NCBI GenBank assembly: GCA_047285535.1
Contig: JBJBDC010000001.1
Coordinates: 64,136 to 128,135, forward strand
Reading direction: 5' to 3'
Length of the DNA: 64,000 bases
Source of the DNA: Synechococcus sp.
GTDB taxonomy: Bacteria > Cyanobacteriota > Cyanobacteriia > PCC-6307 > Cyanobiaceae
A program made the translations under genes and the position numbers. Shown in pieces: positions 53,430 to 64,000 of the stretch (within the stretch, counting starts at the first letter, position 1; every line of letters begins with the position of its first letter). Below the pieces are notes generated by a model. That model saw nothing but the letters and a program-made list of their open reading frames with translations. It was not told where the DNA came from and ran no database searches.

Positions 53430-54074
53430 TCATACTCCTTTATTGCTATACTGCTTAAGAAGTCCAGATAAAATTGCCAATGCAAATACTCCTAAAAAAG
53501 CTACCAGAAGCATTGTTTTACCTCCATTGAACACTCCGGCCCCCAAGGCCACGATCGGTGGATTGCTTAACCCAACGCTGATAATCAGAGCTGGTGCAAA
53601 TCTGTTCCATTTAGTTCCTCCAAGTCCGGCTGCATAACTTACAAAATCAAATAGTCCTGTCATCAACAGACCTGTTAGCAAAAATAGATTTCCTTCGATT
53701 TGTTTTTTATTGAAGTTTTCAATCCGCTTGCTTGCTTTTTCGCCTACAAGCGCTCTAACTGGTTTTTGTCCATATCTTTTTGCGAGGAAGAATGCAATCT
53801 GGCAAAAAATTAAATCAGTTATCGCTATTGTTATTAATCCTTTCTCAAATCCTAGTAAGGCTCCCGCTAGAAGTGCGTAGGCCGTACTTGGAAGCGCTGG
53901 GAGAACAATACTAATACCCCTTAATGCAACAATTCCCAGAGGTGCCCAGGCACCCATACTGTTCACTTGTTCTCTCAATGGCTCTAGAGCATGGGTATGT
54001 CCTAGATGCACCAATACAATGGCCAGTGCCACGATCGCGCTGACCTCGATGATTTTTCTTAGGTTTTTCACCAA
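53430..54074 (-). CDS. TVP38/TMEM64 (DedA/VTT) membrane protein
   Basis: LPSTAYALLAGALLGF..G, FDFVSYAAGL. Confidence 0.85.
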   Translation of the reverse strand: MVKNLRKIIEVSAIVALAIVLVHLGHTHALEPLREQVNSMGAWAPLGIVALRGISIVLPALPSTAYALLAGALLGFEKGLITIAITDLIFCQIAFFLAKRYGQKPVRALVGEKASKRIENFNKKQIEGNLFLLTGLLMTGLFDFVSYAAGLGGTKWNRFAPALIISVGLSNPPIVALGAGVFNGGKTMLLVAFLGVFALAILSGLLKQYSNKGV

Positions 54075-54374
54075 CCAGTAAGAGGAATCGATTTCCCTTA
54101 CTGTTGCACGGAACGCGTTCTCCTTAGATTTTTTTTGAATGTTATGCTTTCTTTATATTGTTTTATTTTTTGTTCGATATAGCATATTGATGGCACTTAT
54201 TTCTTGTTTGCCTTTTCAATGCTTACTTATTAGGAGATTATTCTCACTATTGGACGATTGGCCCACTCAGCTCCTTTCCTCAGAGTTCTAGGTTGCGATC
54301 CTTACCTTTTCTTTCGGATTCAAGTGCTGTCTTTTGTCTAGACGGCGTTAACTTTCAGACGTTGCAATGATTTT

Positions 54375-54548
54375 ATGGATTCAACTGATCTCGAGGTAGT
54401 CAACGTATTGGTATTCCAACAGCTTCTAGAATCTGTAGAGCGTGAGTCTTGGACTGAGGCCGCCATGGCTCTTTATAAGCTTTATGATCTTGAAGCTGGG
54501 CAGACTTTTGAGGAAGAAGATCTTCAGGAACATTTGTGCGCAGCCTGA
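54375..54548 (+). CDS. Small acidic protein (57 aa, not in ORF track)
   Basis: MDSTDLEVVNVLVFQQLLESVERESWTEAAMALYKLYDLEAGQTFEEEDLQEHLCAA*. Confidence 0.55.
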   Translation: MDSTDLEVVNVLVFQQLLESVERESWTEAAMALYKLYDLEAGQTFEEEDLQEHLCAA

Positions 54549-55078
54549 TTTTTCACTCAGGATGATTTAGCGCCCTTGACCAACATTTTTATAGACTTCT
54601 TCTAATTTAGTTGTAAACATCATATGCAGTTTCCTTTCAATGGATCAAGGTTGTGATTTAGTAGTATCTATTTATTGATTTATTGTTCGCCTTGGGTCTC
54701 TTTAGCATTGATGTCTTCTCTTCCTGTTATATCTTTTGTTGTTTTTGACTGTTGGTGATTTTTGTCCTATTAATCTCTGCTGTTTGTCGGTTTCTCTATT
54801 GTTTTCGTTAGTTTTGAATGATGATTCTATGCATCTTCAAGTTTTTCTGCGGATGGGACGGATTTTCTTTTTTCGATTCCTTTTCTGACTCATTTTTGTG
54901 AGTCGATAGCTTCATTCGTTACTCTGTTTATTCTTTCTGTTTTTATTGATGTAACCCTATGCGATGCCGATCGCGTACTCGTTTCGTCTTGTAGCCAATC
55001 TTTTGTTTTCAGTTTCAATATTAGCAATGGGCTTGGTTTCATTTGGCGCTATAGAGAGCAAGTGCTTCTCATGATCCA

Positions 55079-55366
55079 ATGTGTTTGTTGGCTGTTTTGG
55101 GTTTGTTCCTTCCTCGATTGATTTTGGTTCTGCTCTGGTTAACGAATGCTTCTTTTGTGCTTGAACCATTCAATAATCTGCCTTTGCCCAGCTTTGTTGT
55201 TCCTTTGCTTGGTCTATTTATGGTGCCTACAACGACATTGGGTTATTGCTGGGCGTCAGCCTCTTATGGTGGTTTGAGTACGTTTAGTGGCCTTTTGATC
55301 GTTGCTATTGGCCTTTTCGTTGACCTTGGAATGATTGGCGGCGGACGAGGTGTTGTTCGTCGTTGA
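55079..55366 (+). CDS. Small membrane protein
   Basis: MCLLAVLGLFLPR...PLLGLFMVPTTTLGY; about 3 TMs. Confidence 0.7.
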   Translation: MCLLAVLGLFLPRLILVLLWLTNASFVLEPFNNLPLPSFVVPLLGLFMVPTTTLGYCWASASYGGLSTFSGLLIVAIGLFVDLGMIGGGRGVVRR

Positions 55367-55385
55367 CTCCTGTTGCCCAACCGGA

Positions 55386-55607
55386 TTAGCGTTCATCAAT
55401 TCCTTCAATACAAAGAGTACTTGCTTTCGGCTGCCAGGTTTTGATCAGTTTCGCATTCGCTTCGCACTGCTCTCTTGAGGCTTGAGGCACTTTTTCTAAT
55501 GCTGCCGTGGTTCGATGGGCCCCGTAGGTTGCCCAGGTGATCATGAGCCAGATGACTGGTTCCATCGTTGTTCTTAATCGCTTTGATATTCTGCCGTGTT
55601 CCAGCAC
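55386..55607 (-). CDS. Small hypothetical protein
   Basis: WLMIT...LEKVP..SREQCE....CIEG pattern. Confidence 0.5.
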   Translation of the reverse strand: MLEHGRISKRLRTTMEPVIWLMITWATYGAHRTTAALEKVPQASREQCEANAKLIKTWQPKASTLCIEGIDER

Positions 55608-55656
55608 CTATGTGTGGATCCTGCTCATTAGCTCTATTTGCTTGATATGTTTTGAA

Positions 55657-56310
55657 CTATGTGTCGCTTATTTCATGTAATCTGTCGATTAAAAGGTCGA
55701 CATCCGTTGCAATTCCTCCGTCTTCAGCCCACTCTTCCGGATTAATCCTTTCCTGAATATGCTGATTGAGTCGTGTTCCGTTATGAAGATTGAGAAGAGT
55801 TTGGTTACTGGAGGCCTGAGTGTGTGAACTCTTGACCGCTGATTCTTTTTTTTGACCAATGAGATGACAAGCCAGATGCCTTGTACTCCCAATGGTTCGA
55901 TGCTCCCAGAGGTAGACCGCTTGCCAGGTTCCCAGCACTAACTGACCCTCTTTCACGCTGAGTGTCATGGTCTGATTCGTCAGTGCTGTTCTGATGTGTG
56001 CCGGCATGTCGTCCTTCCCTTCATCGTCGTGTCGATAACGTCGGCGTTGACCATTGGCATCGGGTGGTCCTTTGCCATCTTGTGGGACAAGTGCTTCCAT
56101 CCATGCTGTTAGGTCACTCAATACCCGTGGATCAGCGTTTTCGTTAATCGTGATACTGCAACTGGTATGTAAACAGGTCAGGTGTAATACCCCCTCGTTA
56201 ATTTCAGTTGTTTTGAGCCAGGTTTGGATGCTTTCGTTCAGCCTGGTGAAGCCATTGCCTCTGGTCTTAATTTCTAGTTGGTGCAACGTCTGTTCGAGTC
56301 CCATCACCAC
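55657..56310 (-). CDS. yjbQ: YjbQ/UPF0047 family protein
   Basis: HTSCSITINENADPRV, HDDEG.DDMPAHI, LGTWQ.VYLWEH. Confidence 0.9.
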   Translation of the reverse strand: MVMGLEQTLHQLEIKTRGNGFTRLNESIQTWLKTTEINEGVLHLTCLHTSCSITINENADPRVLSDLTAWMEALVPQDGKGPPDANGQRRRYRHDDEGKDDMPAHIRTALTNQTMTLSVKEGQLVLGTWQAVYLWEHRTIGSTRHLACHLIGQKKESAVKSSHTQASSNQTLLNLHNGTRLNQHIQERINPEEWAEDGGIATDVDLLIDRLHEISDT

Positions 56311-57084
56311 TCAGTCCACTGATGATTCAGGTTTAGCTGTTTCTTCCGACCCTTGGCTCTTAGCGCGGGCTTTAAGCATGAAGGCCTCTCCTGGAACCAG
56401 GTCTACCACACGATCGTCGTTGAATGTTTTCGTTGCAGTTCCATCTAGAAGAGCACTGATTAAACCAGTGAATTTCACGTTTCCACCTGTGGTGCTCGCC
56501 AACACTGTGCATGGGTTGAAACGTTCAATCAAGTCCGGAAGTACGCTGGCGCCAGTAATGAATGAACCTAAGACTGGCAATCCTAGATCAATCACCGGCG
56601 TAATTACTGTGTCGACTGGTCGCGCTGCAAGCTTTGGATCAAGAACACCATGGGGTTCGAGATACAACGATCCATCGGGCCAATCGAGTAGATAACCATT
56701 TTCAACATTGGGTACTGCTGCACCTGCTGTGGCCTCGATTTTGAGATGTTGAAAGGAGTAGGTCTCGCTTGGCTTGAGGACCTCCACCTTTTCAAAACGC
56801 AACCGCTTCACCACCCGTGCTGCGGCGGCTGAGGCCACCACCTGCAGGTTGCGTGGTAGCAATTTCAAACTTGGTCGGTGGCAATGATCTGCTAGGCCTT
56901 GGGTGAGCAATAACAGGTCAACATTTTTTGGAACAGGCCATGGGTGTGGCAGTTCGCCGTGAAGTAGCCATGGGCCGGGAGGGAAGATCAGCGGACCATT
57001 GAGCCAAGGGTCGACCAAAACTCGTAAACCAGCCATTTGCAATAACCAGCCATTGGCTCCGAAATACGTGGCTTGAGACTTCAT
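56311..57084 (-). CDS. MBL-fold metallo-hydrolase
   Basis: ANGWLL, VLVDPWL, LLTQGLADHCH, ENGY. Confidence 0.85.
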   Translation of the reverse strand: MKSQATYFGANGWLLQMAGLRVLVDPWLNGPLIFPPGPWLLHGELPHPWPVPKNVDLLLLTQGLADHCHRPSLKLLPRNLQVVASAAAARVVKRLRFEKVEVLKPSETYSFQHLKIEATAGAAVPNVENGYLLDWPDGSLYLEPHGVLDPKLAARPVDTVITPVIDLGLPVLGSFITGASVLPDLIERFNPCTVLASTTGGNVKFTGLISALLDGTATKTFNDDRVVDLVPGEAFMLKARAKSQGSEETAKPESSVD

Positions 57085-57209
57085 GATTGTTCCTTTGAAG
57101 GGTTCTGCCTGGATTCATCCAGCCCTCGATCGATCTCACCAATCCAGGCCACCATGGCCACAAGCGCAAGAATGGAGTCGATCAGCGGAACCAAGCGGTG
57201 AGCTTGCAT
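57081..57209 (-). CDS. Possible 42-aa membrane peptide
   Basis: MQAHRLVPLIDSILALVAMVAWIGEID...*; ATGA overlap with the MBL gene. Confidence 0.35.
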   Translation of the reverse strand: MQAHRLVPLIDSILALVAMVAWIGEIDRGLDESRQNPSKEQS

Positions 57210-57261
57210 GAAGGGTCTGTCACTCTTGGAACCGTAGAAGGGCTTTGTCCAGCTCTGTGAG

Positions 57262-58146
57262 TCAGGTCAGAACAGCCAAAGCAATTCCGCTGACAGCCAG
57301 GACTGATGCGCAAACTCCAGCAGCTTGCGGATGATCACCCTCGGGCACTGCCACCAATAAGGCCATCACTGGTGATGTGCTGAGGACCGTGATTCCGACG
57401 CCCAGAGGTAATTGTCTCAACACCACTTGCTGCAAAACAATTCCCACGTTGGTTCCGAGCAGGGTGGCCAAGAGCACCCTTGGCCAACGAATTCGCTTTG
57501 GTCGCGGACGGGGGAAGAGGGTTCTGAACCGCAGCCATGGCAGTAACAGCAACAGCCCTCCAAGTAAGCGAGTGGCTGCGCTTTGCCAGGGAGACAGATC
57601 CGTGTTGATCAAAATGCATCGGGACATCGCTGCACCGCTCACCCCACAAAGCACGGCAAGAACAGCAAGGCCAAGCCCCTGCCATTGCATTCCGTCATGG
57701 AGATCGTCGCGGAATGGGGCATCCGTTTTGCCATTAGGTGGTTGTTGACGGGCTACTAGCAGGACTGACAGCGAGACCATTGCGGCTCCAATCCATGCCT
57801 GTAGCTGGATCCGTTCGCCCATCACAGCAAGTCCGCCTAGGGCTGCGATCAAAGGTGCCAGTGACTCAATCGTGAGGGTGCGTCTTGTGCCAAGACGGCG
57901 CAGGGCTGCCAGATAAAAGCTGTCGCCCAAAGAGATGCCCAGCCCACCGCTGATCAGCAGCCAGGTCAGCGCTTGGCCCTCCTGGATCCATGGCAACGCA
58001 ATCAAGACTGGCAACAACAGCGCACATGCAATTCCATTTTTGAGTCCGTTGAGCTCGAGTGCTGTAAGTGAGGTGGACAGTCCACGCCAGAGGCTGCTCG
58101 CCAACGTCCATGCCAGTGCTGCAACCAATCCCGCTATGACGCCCAT
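57262..58146 (-). CDS. DMT/EamA family transporter
   Basis: About 10 TMs; GD..Y.AALRRLG, GERI. Confidence 0.85.
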   Translation of the reverse strand: MGVIAGLVAALAWTLASSLWRGLSTSLTALELNGLKNGIACALLLPVLIALPWIQEGQALTWLLISGGLGISLGDSFYLAALRRLGTRRTLTIESLAPLIAALGGLAVMGERIQLQAWIGAAMVSLSVLLVARQQPPNGKTDAPFRDDLHDGMQWQGLGLAVLAVLCGVSGAAMSRCILINTDLSPWQSAATRLLGGLLLLLPWLRFRTLFPRPRPKRIRWPRVLLATLLGTNVGIVLQQVVLRQLPLGVGITVLSTSPVMALLVAVPEGDHPQAAGVCASVLAVSGIALAVLT

Positions 58147-58153
58147 GAATCAG

Positions 58154-58405
58154 TTACCAGTAGGGATCCGTGGCGAATTCCACCGTTAGGGATTCAGATT
58201 CAGACTCGGGAACAGTGCTGATGCAGGCCCGCACGACCTTTCCATTCACTTCGATTTCGCAGGCACCACAACTTCCTCCCATGCAACCGGTGGGAATGTT
58301 GATGCCTGCCGCTTTTGCGGCTCTCAGCCAGTCATGGCCTGGAGGACAGGTGCTGTGGCTGCCGTTTGGCCAAGTGATTTGGATGGCGGAATTCGCTCTC
58401 TGCAT
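58154..58405 (-). CDS. 2Fe-2S ferredoxin-like protein
   Basis: GCMGGSCGAC...RAC. Confidence 0.88.
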   Translation of the reverse strand: MQRANSAIQITWPNGSHSTCPPGHDWLRAAKAAGINIPTGCMGGSCGACEIEVNGKVVRACISTVPESESESLTVEFATDPYW

Positions 58406-58557
58406 CGTGCCTTGCCAAGCAAAACTGCACCCTTGGTCTGATGCAGGTCAACTCTGGTTGATTTTTGAATGCACATTAACGACCCTTTTCCTCAGAGGGC
58501 TACGTCTTTTTTGAGACGTTGAGAACAAACCACACCCAGTGACCCTCTAGGTCTGTC

Positions 58558-60066
58558 TTATGGCAACAGTGGCTCCAGATTGATGTGCTGTTCGAAGGCA
58601 TCGGCAAGGCGATCGAGGAGGTCCTCTCGATGACGGCTGTGATGAGGCTGTTGTTCACTGAGCAGTGCCAATCCTTTGCGTGATCTCAGTTGATTGAGCC
58701 AACGTCGCCGCCAAGGACCGCTTTCAAAGACTCCATGCAGATAAGTGCCTGCTACCAGTCCTCCTCGATCATCCATTGGCTGCACCCAGCCAAGGTCCGA
58801 ATCACGGCAAAGGGGCTTACAGGGTAGGAGAGTTGTCGTCCGGCCATGGTGCAATTCAAATCCTTCCAGACAGAGTGTGCTGCTTCCTGCGGGCCATTGG
58901 GCTTCGCTGTTTCGCTGTCGAAGCGCTTTGTCTCCGCTGAATACGGTGCGAAGCGGTAGGAGACCCAGACCTGGGTGGCAGTTGGTACTGTCCGATGGAG
59001 GCCCCCCCTCAAGACCCTCGGGATCGCAAAGTTCCCGGCCTAAAAGCTGCATGCCGCCGCAAATACCAAACACGTGGCCACCCCCTGAGCTGTAGGCGTG
59101 CAGCGCTGCTTCAAGTCCGCTGCCTTGGATCAAGCCAAGGTCGCGCAGCGTTTGCTTGCTACCAGGAATGACAACGGCATCTGGTGATCCAAGCTCCTCA
59201 CCTGGTGCAACCCAGCGAAGCTGAACCGTAGGTTCAGCTTCCAGTGGATCGAGATCAGAGAAATTGCTCAGAGAGGGGAGCTTGAGCACAGCAATCTCTA
59301 GTTCAGTACGACGCTTTCGTCCTCGCCGTTCGAGTAGATCGAGCGAATCTTCAGGAGGGAAAAGCTCATCCAGCCATGGCATCACTCCTAAAACCGGTAC
59401 ACCTGTGTTGTCTGCAAGCCAGCGTTGGCCTTCATCAAAAAGTTCGCGCCGGCCACGGAATCGATTGATCAAGAGACCCTTTATTAGTGGACGCTCCACT
59501 GGACGCAGAAGATTCAGCGTGCCCACGATTTGCGCGAACACACCACCCCTTTCGATATCTGCCACAAGCAGGCAACGGGCTCGGAGGTATTGGGCTAAAC
59601 GCAGATTGGTGAGATCACGTCGTTGAAGATTGACCTCCACTGGGCTCCCTGCTCCTTCGAGCACCAGGCGACCACCAGGATGAGTGCTTTGTAAGGCCTG
59701 AAGACCGTCGCGAATGGCTTGCCAGCCCGGTTTGAACCAATCGCGGTAATAGTGCTCAGCTCGGGCCGATCCCACACTTCTCCCGAGGTGAATCAGTTCA
59801 CTGGTGGAATCGCCCTGAGGCTTGAGCAACACCGGATTCATTGCGCAGATTGGTTCCAAGCCTGCGGCCCATGCCTGAAGGGCCTGGGAATAGGCCATTT
59901 CACCGCCGTCTTGGTCCACCCAGGCGTTGTTGCTCATGTTCTGCCCTTTAAAAGGCAATGGAGTTTCACCTCTGCGGCGCAGGACCCTACAGAGCGCAGC
60001 CGTCATCAGTGATTTTCCGGCACCACTTGAAGTGCCCAGCACCATGATTGCCTGGGGCGCTCTCAT
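58558..60066 (-). CDS. cobQ: Cobyric acid synthase
   Basis: [38 protein letters not shown]. Confidence 0.95.
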   Translation of the reverse strand: MRAPQAIMVLGTSSGAGKSLMTAALCRVLRRRGETPLPFKGQNMSNNAWVDQDGGEMAYSQALQAWAAGLEPICAMNPVLLKPQGDSTSELIHLGRSVGSARAEHYYRDWFKPGWQAIRDGLQALQSTHPGGRLVLEGAGSPVEVNLQRRDLTNLRLAQYLRARCLLVADIERGGVFAQIVGTLNLLRPVERPLIKGLLINRFRGRRELFDEGQRWLADNTGVPVLGVMPWLDELFPPEDSLDLLERRGRKRRTELEIAVLKLPSLSNFSDLDPLEAEPTVQLRWVAPGEELGSPDAVVIPGSKQTLRDLGLIQGSGLEAALHAYSSGGGHVFGICGGMQLLGRELCDPEGLEGGPPSDSTNCHPGLGLLPLRTVFSGDKALRQRNSEAQWPAGSSTLCLEGFELHHGRTTTLLPCKPLCRDSDLGWVQPMDDRGGLVAGTYLHGVFESGPWRRRWLNQLRSRKGLALLSEQQPHHSRHREDLLDRLADAFEQHINLEPLLP

Positions 60067-60506
60067 AGCCGAGGCCGATGACGGCGGAGCCAGTGATGCA
60101 TGATTTCAAAGCAGCTCGGCGTTGGGATTTCACCAGACCAACGATCGAGAAGCTCTCGGCCCATCGGCGTGAGACGAACCCGTTCTGTCAGCCCTTGTCC
60201 ATCCACTTCCCGACGGAGTACGCCCACCTGGATCAGCCAGATCAGATGATCTTCCGTTCTGGAGCGATTTAGAGGCTTGCTGCTCATGGTCATCCAGTTT
60301 TTTTGGCTGCTGAGCTGGGTGCTGCTCATGGCCTCGTGCTCAAGTGCCTCATAAAACGAACGGCGAAATGGAAGGCAGCAGATGGCCTGCTGTGCCCGAT
60401 TCACCGCACGTGCCGATATCAGGGTTGTGGATGTTGTGGATAACGTCACGACCTTGTCGATTTGTGCTTCATTCTCCTCTCGCTTTGCTCTGGGCGTGGC
60501 GGGCAA
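60063..60506 (-). CDS. Npun_F0494-family cyanobacterial protein
   Basis: [26 protein letters not shown]; start uncertain. Confidence 0.75.
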   Translation of the reverse strand: MPATPRAKREENEAQIDKVVTLSTTSTTLISARAVNRAQQAICCLPFRRSFYEALEHEAMSSTQLSSQKNWMTMSSKPLNRSRTEDHLIWLIQVGVLRREVDGQGLTERVRLTPMGRELLDRWSGEIPTPSCFEIMHHWLRRHRPRL

Positions 60507-60582
60507 CGCCGCTGTGATGGATGGGCGCGCCCGTTTTGAACGGGATCGTCATCAAAATGATGGGATTGCTTGCTTGCTTGCT

Positions 60583-61221
60583 GTGTTGCTGTTGGCTTCC
60601 GCTTCCCCGGCGCGGCGTCGTCTGCTGGAGCAGGCTCATCTTCTTCATCAGGTGATGGTGAGTGGGGTGGATGAAGATCAGATTCATCATGCGAATCCTG
60701 CGCAGTTGGTGCAGCTTTTGGCTGAGGCCAAGGCTTCAGCCGTGAAGCTGAAACTGGATCAGCGCTCTGAGGTCGCTGCGTCCATTACGGCGGTTCTCGG
60801 TTGTGATTCAGTGCTGGAATTTGAAGGAGAGGTGTTTGGCAAGCCACTCAATCGGGACGAGGCGGTCCGGCGTTGGCGGCGCATGCGAGGGGAATGGGGT
60901 CAGTTGCATACGGGCCATTGTTTGTTGCATGGCCCTTCTTTGCTTTCGGAAGACAGAGGAGATCTAAAGAAGCAGCTCATCACCTGTGTCACGACGCGTG
61001 TGCTGTTTGCCAATCTCACCGATAGCGAGGTTGAGGCTTACGTGGCTTCAGGGGAGCCTCTGCAATGTGCGGGTGGGTTTGCCCTCGAGGGGCGTGGTGG
61101 CTGCTGCGTCGAACAAGTAGAGGGTTGTTACTCCAATGTGATTGGTCTCAGCCTGCCGTTGTTGCGTCGTTGGTTGTCTTCCCTTGACTGTGGGTTGTCA
61201 TTTTTCTCTGGCCGTAGCTAA
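60583..61221 (+). CDS. maf: Maf-family nucleoside triphosphate pyrophosphatase
   Basis: [31 protein letters not shown]. Confidence 0.92.
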   Translation: MLLLASASPARRRLLEQAHLLHQVMVSGVDEDQIHHANPAQLVQLLAEAKASAVKLKLDQRSEVAASITAVLGCDSVLEFEGEVFGKPLNRDEAVRRWRRMRGEWGQLHTGHCLLHGPSLLSEDRGDLKKQLITCVTTRVLFANLTDSEVEAYVASGEPLQCAGGFALEGRGGCCVEQVEGCYSNVIGLSLPLLRRWLSSLDCGLSFFSGRS

Positions 61222-61249
61222 GTCACAAATAGGTTTATCGACGTGCACC

Positions 61250-61504
61250 ATGACCCGCTTGCTTGGCCGCTGCTTTTCCTTATTAATCCTGACGGCTGGT
61301 GTGGCGCCCGCCTTTGCCTTTGAACCCCTGCAAAAATCCTTCAGCACGACTCCCGTAGAGGAATCAATCGATATCAGCGCCGAGCAGGTGCATTTCTCAT
61401 CAGATGACCTAAAGCGTTCTCAGACCTCATCGGCTAGTCCTGTTCCTCCTGGTGAGAAGGGCAGGGCACCGAAGGGATATTCCGTGTTGGATGTGGGTTT
61501 CTGA
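61250..61504 (+). CDS. Small secreted hypothetical protein
   Basis: Signal peptide ending APAFA. Confidence 0.5.
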   Translation: MTRLLGRCFSLLILTAGVAPAFAFEPLQKSFSTTPVEESIDISAEQVHFSSDDLKRSQTSSASPVPPGEKGRAPKGYSVLDVGF

Positions 61505-61574
61505 GCGTTTATCAGCGAACCCCGGTCATTGTTATGACCTTCAACCTCATCACCTCTAACCCCACAAAGCGCTC

Positions 61575-62507
61575 ATGGCGTTGCTATGGCTTTGGTTAGG
61601 CGCCGTTGGCTTGGGGCTGAGCCTTAGCGGTTGCCGGCCAGGGAGTGAAACCTCTCACGTGGAACCCTCCACTGTGGTCGGTGCTGGAGCCACGTTCCCA
61701 GCTCCGTTGTATCAACGCTGGTTTAGTCATCTTCGGGTTCGTCAGGGCCTCAGCCTGGGATATGACCCGGTGGGCTCCGAAGATGGGGAACACCAGCTTC
61801 TGGCTGGGATCGTGGACTTCGCAGGCACTGAGCTCGATGATCACACCGGCCTCTTGCTTGGTTTGCGTAGCGACCGATGGCTGCGCATTCCCGTGACGGC
61901 TGGGGCCGTTGCCATTGCTTATAACCACCCTGGCTGCGAGCTCTCCCTGACCCGTGAGCAGTTGCGGCTGATTGTCTCTGAGCAGATTGACGATTTCGGT
62001 CAACTTGGCTGTGCCAAACAACCGATCACTTTGTTCGTGCGTCAGAACGGCTCAGGCACAACGGCGCATCTGCGCCGTTACCTGAACGCTACTGCTCAGG
62101 TCTGGCATCACCCCAGGGCTTTGCGCGTGAAGAGCAATGAGGCGATGGCCACAGCCCTGCTGCAGCGACCTGGGTCGATTGGCTACCTCAACACCGTATT
62201 TCTCAATGGCCGTCGCAGCTTGCAGGTGGCTTCTCTGGAGACGGATCAAGGCTCGTTTGCGTTTCCTGAGCGGGCGCTTGAGATTGAGGGTCCTGATCAT
62301 TCCAGAGTTAGATATCCACTGACTGCAGTCAGTTGGATGGTGATGCGCCGCAAGGGGTTGGCAGACAAGGCTGCGGTGTTGAGAGAGGCCATTGCTTACG
62401 GCCTTTCTGCAGAAGGACAAGCTGCTGCCTTGGGCCTTGGTTATCTCCCCTTGCCTGAGGCTCTTTTGGAGCACGCACGGTTGCAACTCGAGGCTTTGCA
62501 GCCATGA
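61575..62507 (+). CDS. Divergent PstS-like substrate-binding lipoprotein
   Basis: LSGC lipobox, GAGATFPAPLYQRW, GAVAIAYN, RQNGSGTT, GSIGY, YPL. Confidence 0.82.
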   Translation: MALLWLWLGAVGLGLSLSGCRPGSETSHVEPSTVVGAGATFPAPLYQRWFSHLRVRQGLSLGYDPVGSEDGEHQLLAGIVDFAGTELDDHTGLLLGLRSDRWLRIPVTAGAVAIAYNHPGCELSLTREQLRLIVSEQIDDFGQLGCAKQPITLFVRQNGSGTTAHLRRYLNATAQVWHHPRALRVKSNEAMATALLQRPGSIGYLNTVFLNGRRSLQVASLETDQGSFAFPERALEIEGPDHSRVRYPLTAVSWMVMRRKGLADKAAVLREAIAYGLSAEGQAAALGLGYLPLPEALLEHARLQLEALQP

Positions 62508-63244
62508 GAGTTCGTGTTCCCCTCAAGCTTTCAGCGCAAGCCATCCGAGCGAAGGAGCATCACTTCCCGATGTTTCTGCTCACGGCGCTGTTGCCGATTG
62601 TGATGTTCCCCGTGGCTCGATTGGATGGATTCCTGTTCCAGCGGATAGCTCTTCCCTTGTCGGTCACGTTGCTGGTGTTGGAGTCCCTGCGGGCCATGCC
62701 GTCCTGGGTGGCTCAATTGGGCCCCATTCGCGTCAATGGGATCTACTGCTGCCTCGGTTACATCTCAGTGGTTGCGGTGTGGCTTCCTTTGCTGCCTTGG
62801 CAGAAGCTTCCCTTCGCTCTACAAATCATTTTGTTGGGCCTGCGGGCTGTCTTTTATCTGCTCACTGCAATCCGCATCGTTCAGGTGCTGGCCAATTGCG
62901 AGCGTGTGTCTGGGAAAACTCTGAGTCTGGGTGCCGCTGGCTATGTGCACCTCGGTTTGACGGCGGGTTTGCTGGCCACGGTGTTGCAGATGGCAGACCC
63001 TGACAGCTTCAATCTCGGTGCTGTTCCAGTGCAGGAATCCTTGGCTGCACGGTTGTCGTACTTTTCGTTCGTTACCTTGGGAAGCCTCGGTTATGGAGAT
63101 GTGGTACCAGCCAGTCCCATCGGGGAATCTTTCGCCGTTTTGCTGAGTCTCAGCAGCACGTTGTATCTCAGCTTGTTGATTGGTTTACTGCTGAGTCGCT
63201 TTATTACCTCAAGGGAAGACGAGATGCAGGAGAGACAGCAATGA
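62504..63244 (+). CDS. K-channel-family (Ion_trans_2) subunit, filter SLGYG
   Basis: YFSFVTLGSLGYGDVVP. Confidence 0.82.
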   Translation: MRVRVPLKLSAQAIRAKEHHFPMFLLTALLPIVMFPVARLDGFLFQRIALPLSVTLLVLESLRAMPSWVAQLGPIRVNGIYCCLGYISVVAVWLPLLPWQKLPFALQIILLGLRAVFYLLTAIRIVQVLANCERVSGKTLSLGAAGYVHLGLTAGLLATVLQMADPDSFNLGAVPVQESLAARLSYFSFVTLGSLGYGDVVPASPIGESFAVLLSLSSTLYLSLLIGLLLSRFITSREDEMQERQQ

Positions 63245-63954
63245 GCACGTGTTCATTGGCATTGCGTCTGCAGAAATTAGAACCCTGGTTTTATCAGTTT
63301 TTGCTTGCAACCCTGCTGCCTCTCTTGGTGATGCCTTTCACCAACCTTGATGGCAACGTGATTCAACGGGTGCTGTTGCCTCTGAGCACGTTGTGGATGG
63401 TGGTGGTGTCAGTGCGGATTGTGCCCAGGGATCTGTTGTTTATTGGCCGTTGGAAACCCTTTGCTCTCTACAGGCCCCTGGCTTTGTTGTGTGTTGTGGT
63501 GATGTGGCTGCCTTCTCTGCTCGGGCATCACACGTCGCTGACGCTGCATTGGCCGGTCCTGACAATCATTTGCAGCTTTTACCTGGTTACGGCCGTTGCC
63601 ATTGTGCTGATGCTGGCCAAGGTGGGACGCGTGAATGAACCCGTGCTTTGCCTCGGTGCTGCCGGTTATATCCACCTTGGTTTGACTGGCGGTCAGTTGG
63701 CGACAGCCTTGGAAGTGTTGCAGCCAGGCACCTTCAGCCTTGGCTTGATGTTGCCCGGTGAGGAACTGGTGGAGCGTTTGAGCTATTTCTCATTCGTTAC
63801 CCTTGGAACCCAGGGGTATGGAGACGTCCTGCCGTCGACGGCTACGGCAGAGAGTTTTGTGGTGTTGCTCAGTGTTTCAGCAACTTTGTACGTCACATTG
63901 ATGATCGGCTTGCTGGTGAGCCGTTATCTGCAAACACGAAAAATTGAAATTTAG
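63241..63954 (+). CDS. K-channel-family (Ion_trans_2) subunit, filter TQGYG
   Basis: YFSFVTLGTQGYGDVLP. Confidence 0.82.
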   Translation: MSTCSLALRLQKLEPWFYQFLLATLLPLLVMPFTNLDGNVIQRVLLPLSTLWMVVVSVRIVPRDLLFIGRWKPFALYRPLALLCVVVMWLPSLLGHHTSLTLHWPVLTIICSFYLVTAVAIVLMLAKVGRVNEPVLCLGAAGYIHLGLTGGQLATALEVLQPGTFSLGLMLPGEELVERLSYFSFVTLGTQGYGDVLPSTATAESFVVLLSVSATLYVTLMIGLLVSRYLQTRKIEI

Positions 63955-64000
63955 AAAATTTAGAGTATTGATGGCTTGTTTAAATTAAAGAACCATTTTT

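Noticed and set aside
56054..56695. 213-aa plus-strand ORF, and similar shadow ORFs such as 6063-6830 and 62392-63003
   Set aside because: Antisense or alternate-frame shadows of well-supported genes

Overview
The gene content points to a marine picocyanobacterium, most likely Synechococcus (psaK, hli, cobL/cobQ, ftsH, argF, lexA, Nif11- and CCRG-2-type peptides). The left arm (1-24.6 kb) is largely housekeeping. It includes a GH116 hydrolase, a 1391-aa GH18 chitinase with about 2.8 apparently identical 690-bp CBM-linker repeats, ribD, a frameshifted aldo/keto reductase, ftsH, argF, an NblA-like ORF and lexA. tRNA-Ala(GGC) at 24635-24707 starts an AT-richer, gene-sparse genomic island (~24.7-55.6 kb). 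The island holds a degenerate tRNA-Ala att copy, double-glycine peptide precursors, small secreted proteins, pseudogene debris, an orphan dnaK, hli, gap, psaK, structured RNA candidates, and a cysteine-hydrolase-like gene coupled to a PAS hybrid kinase. The right arm (55.6-64 kb) returns to core-like genes (yjbQ, cobQ, maf). It ends with a coupled PstS-like lipoprotein plus two K-channel-like genes with non-canonical filters. The best candidates for undescribed systems are the PstS-like/two-channel operon and the triad-altered cysteine hydrolase/hybrid kinase pair. All calls come from reading motifs by eye; no searches were run.
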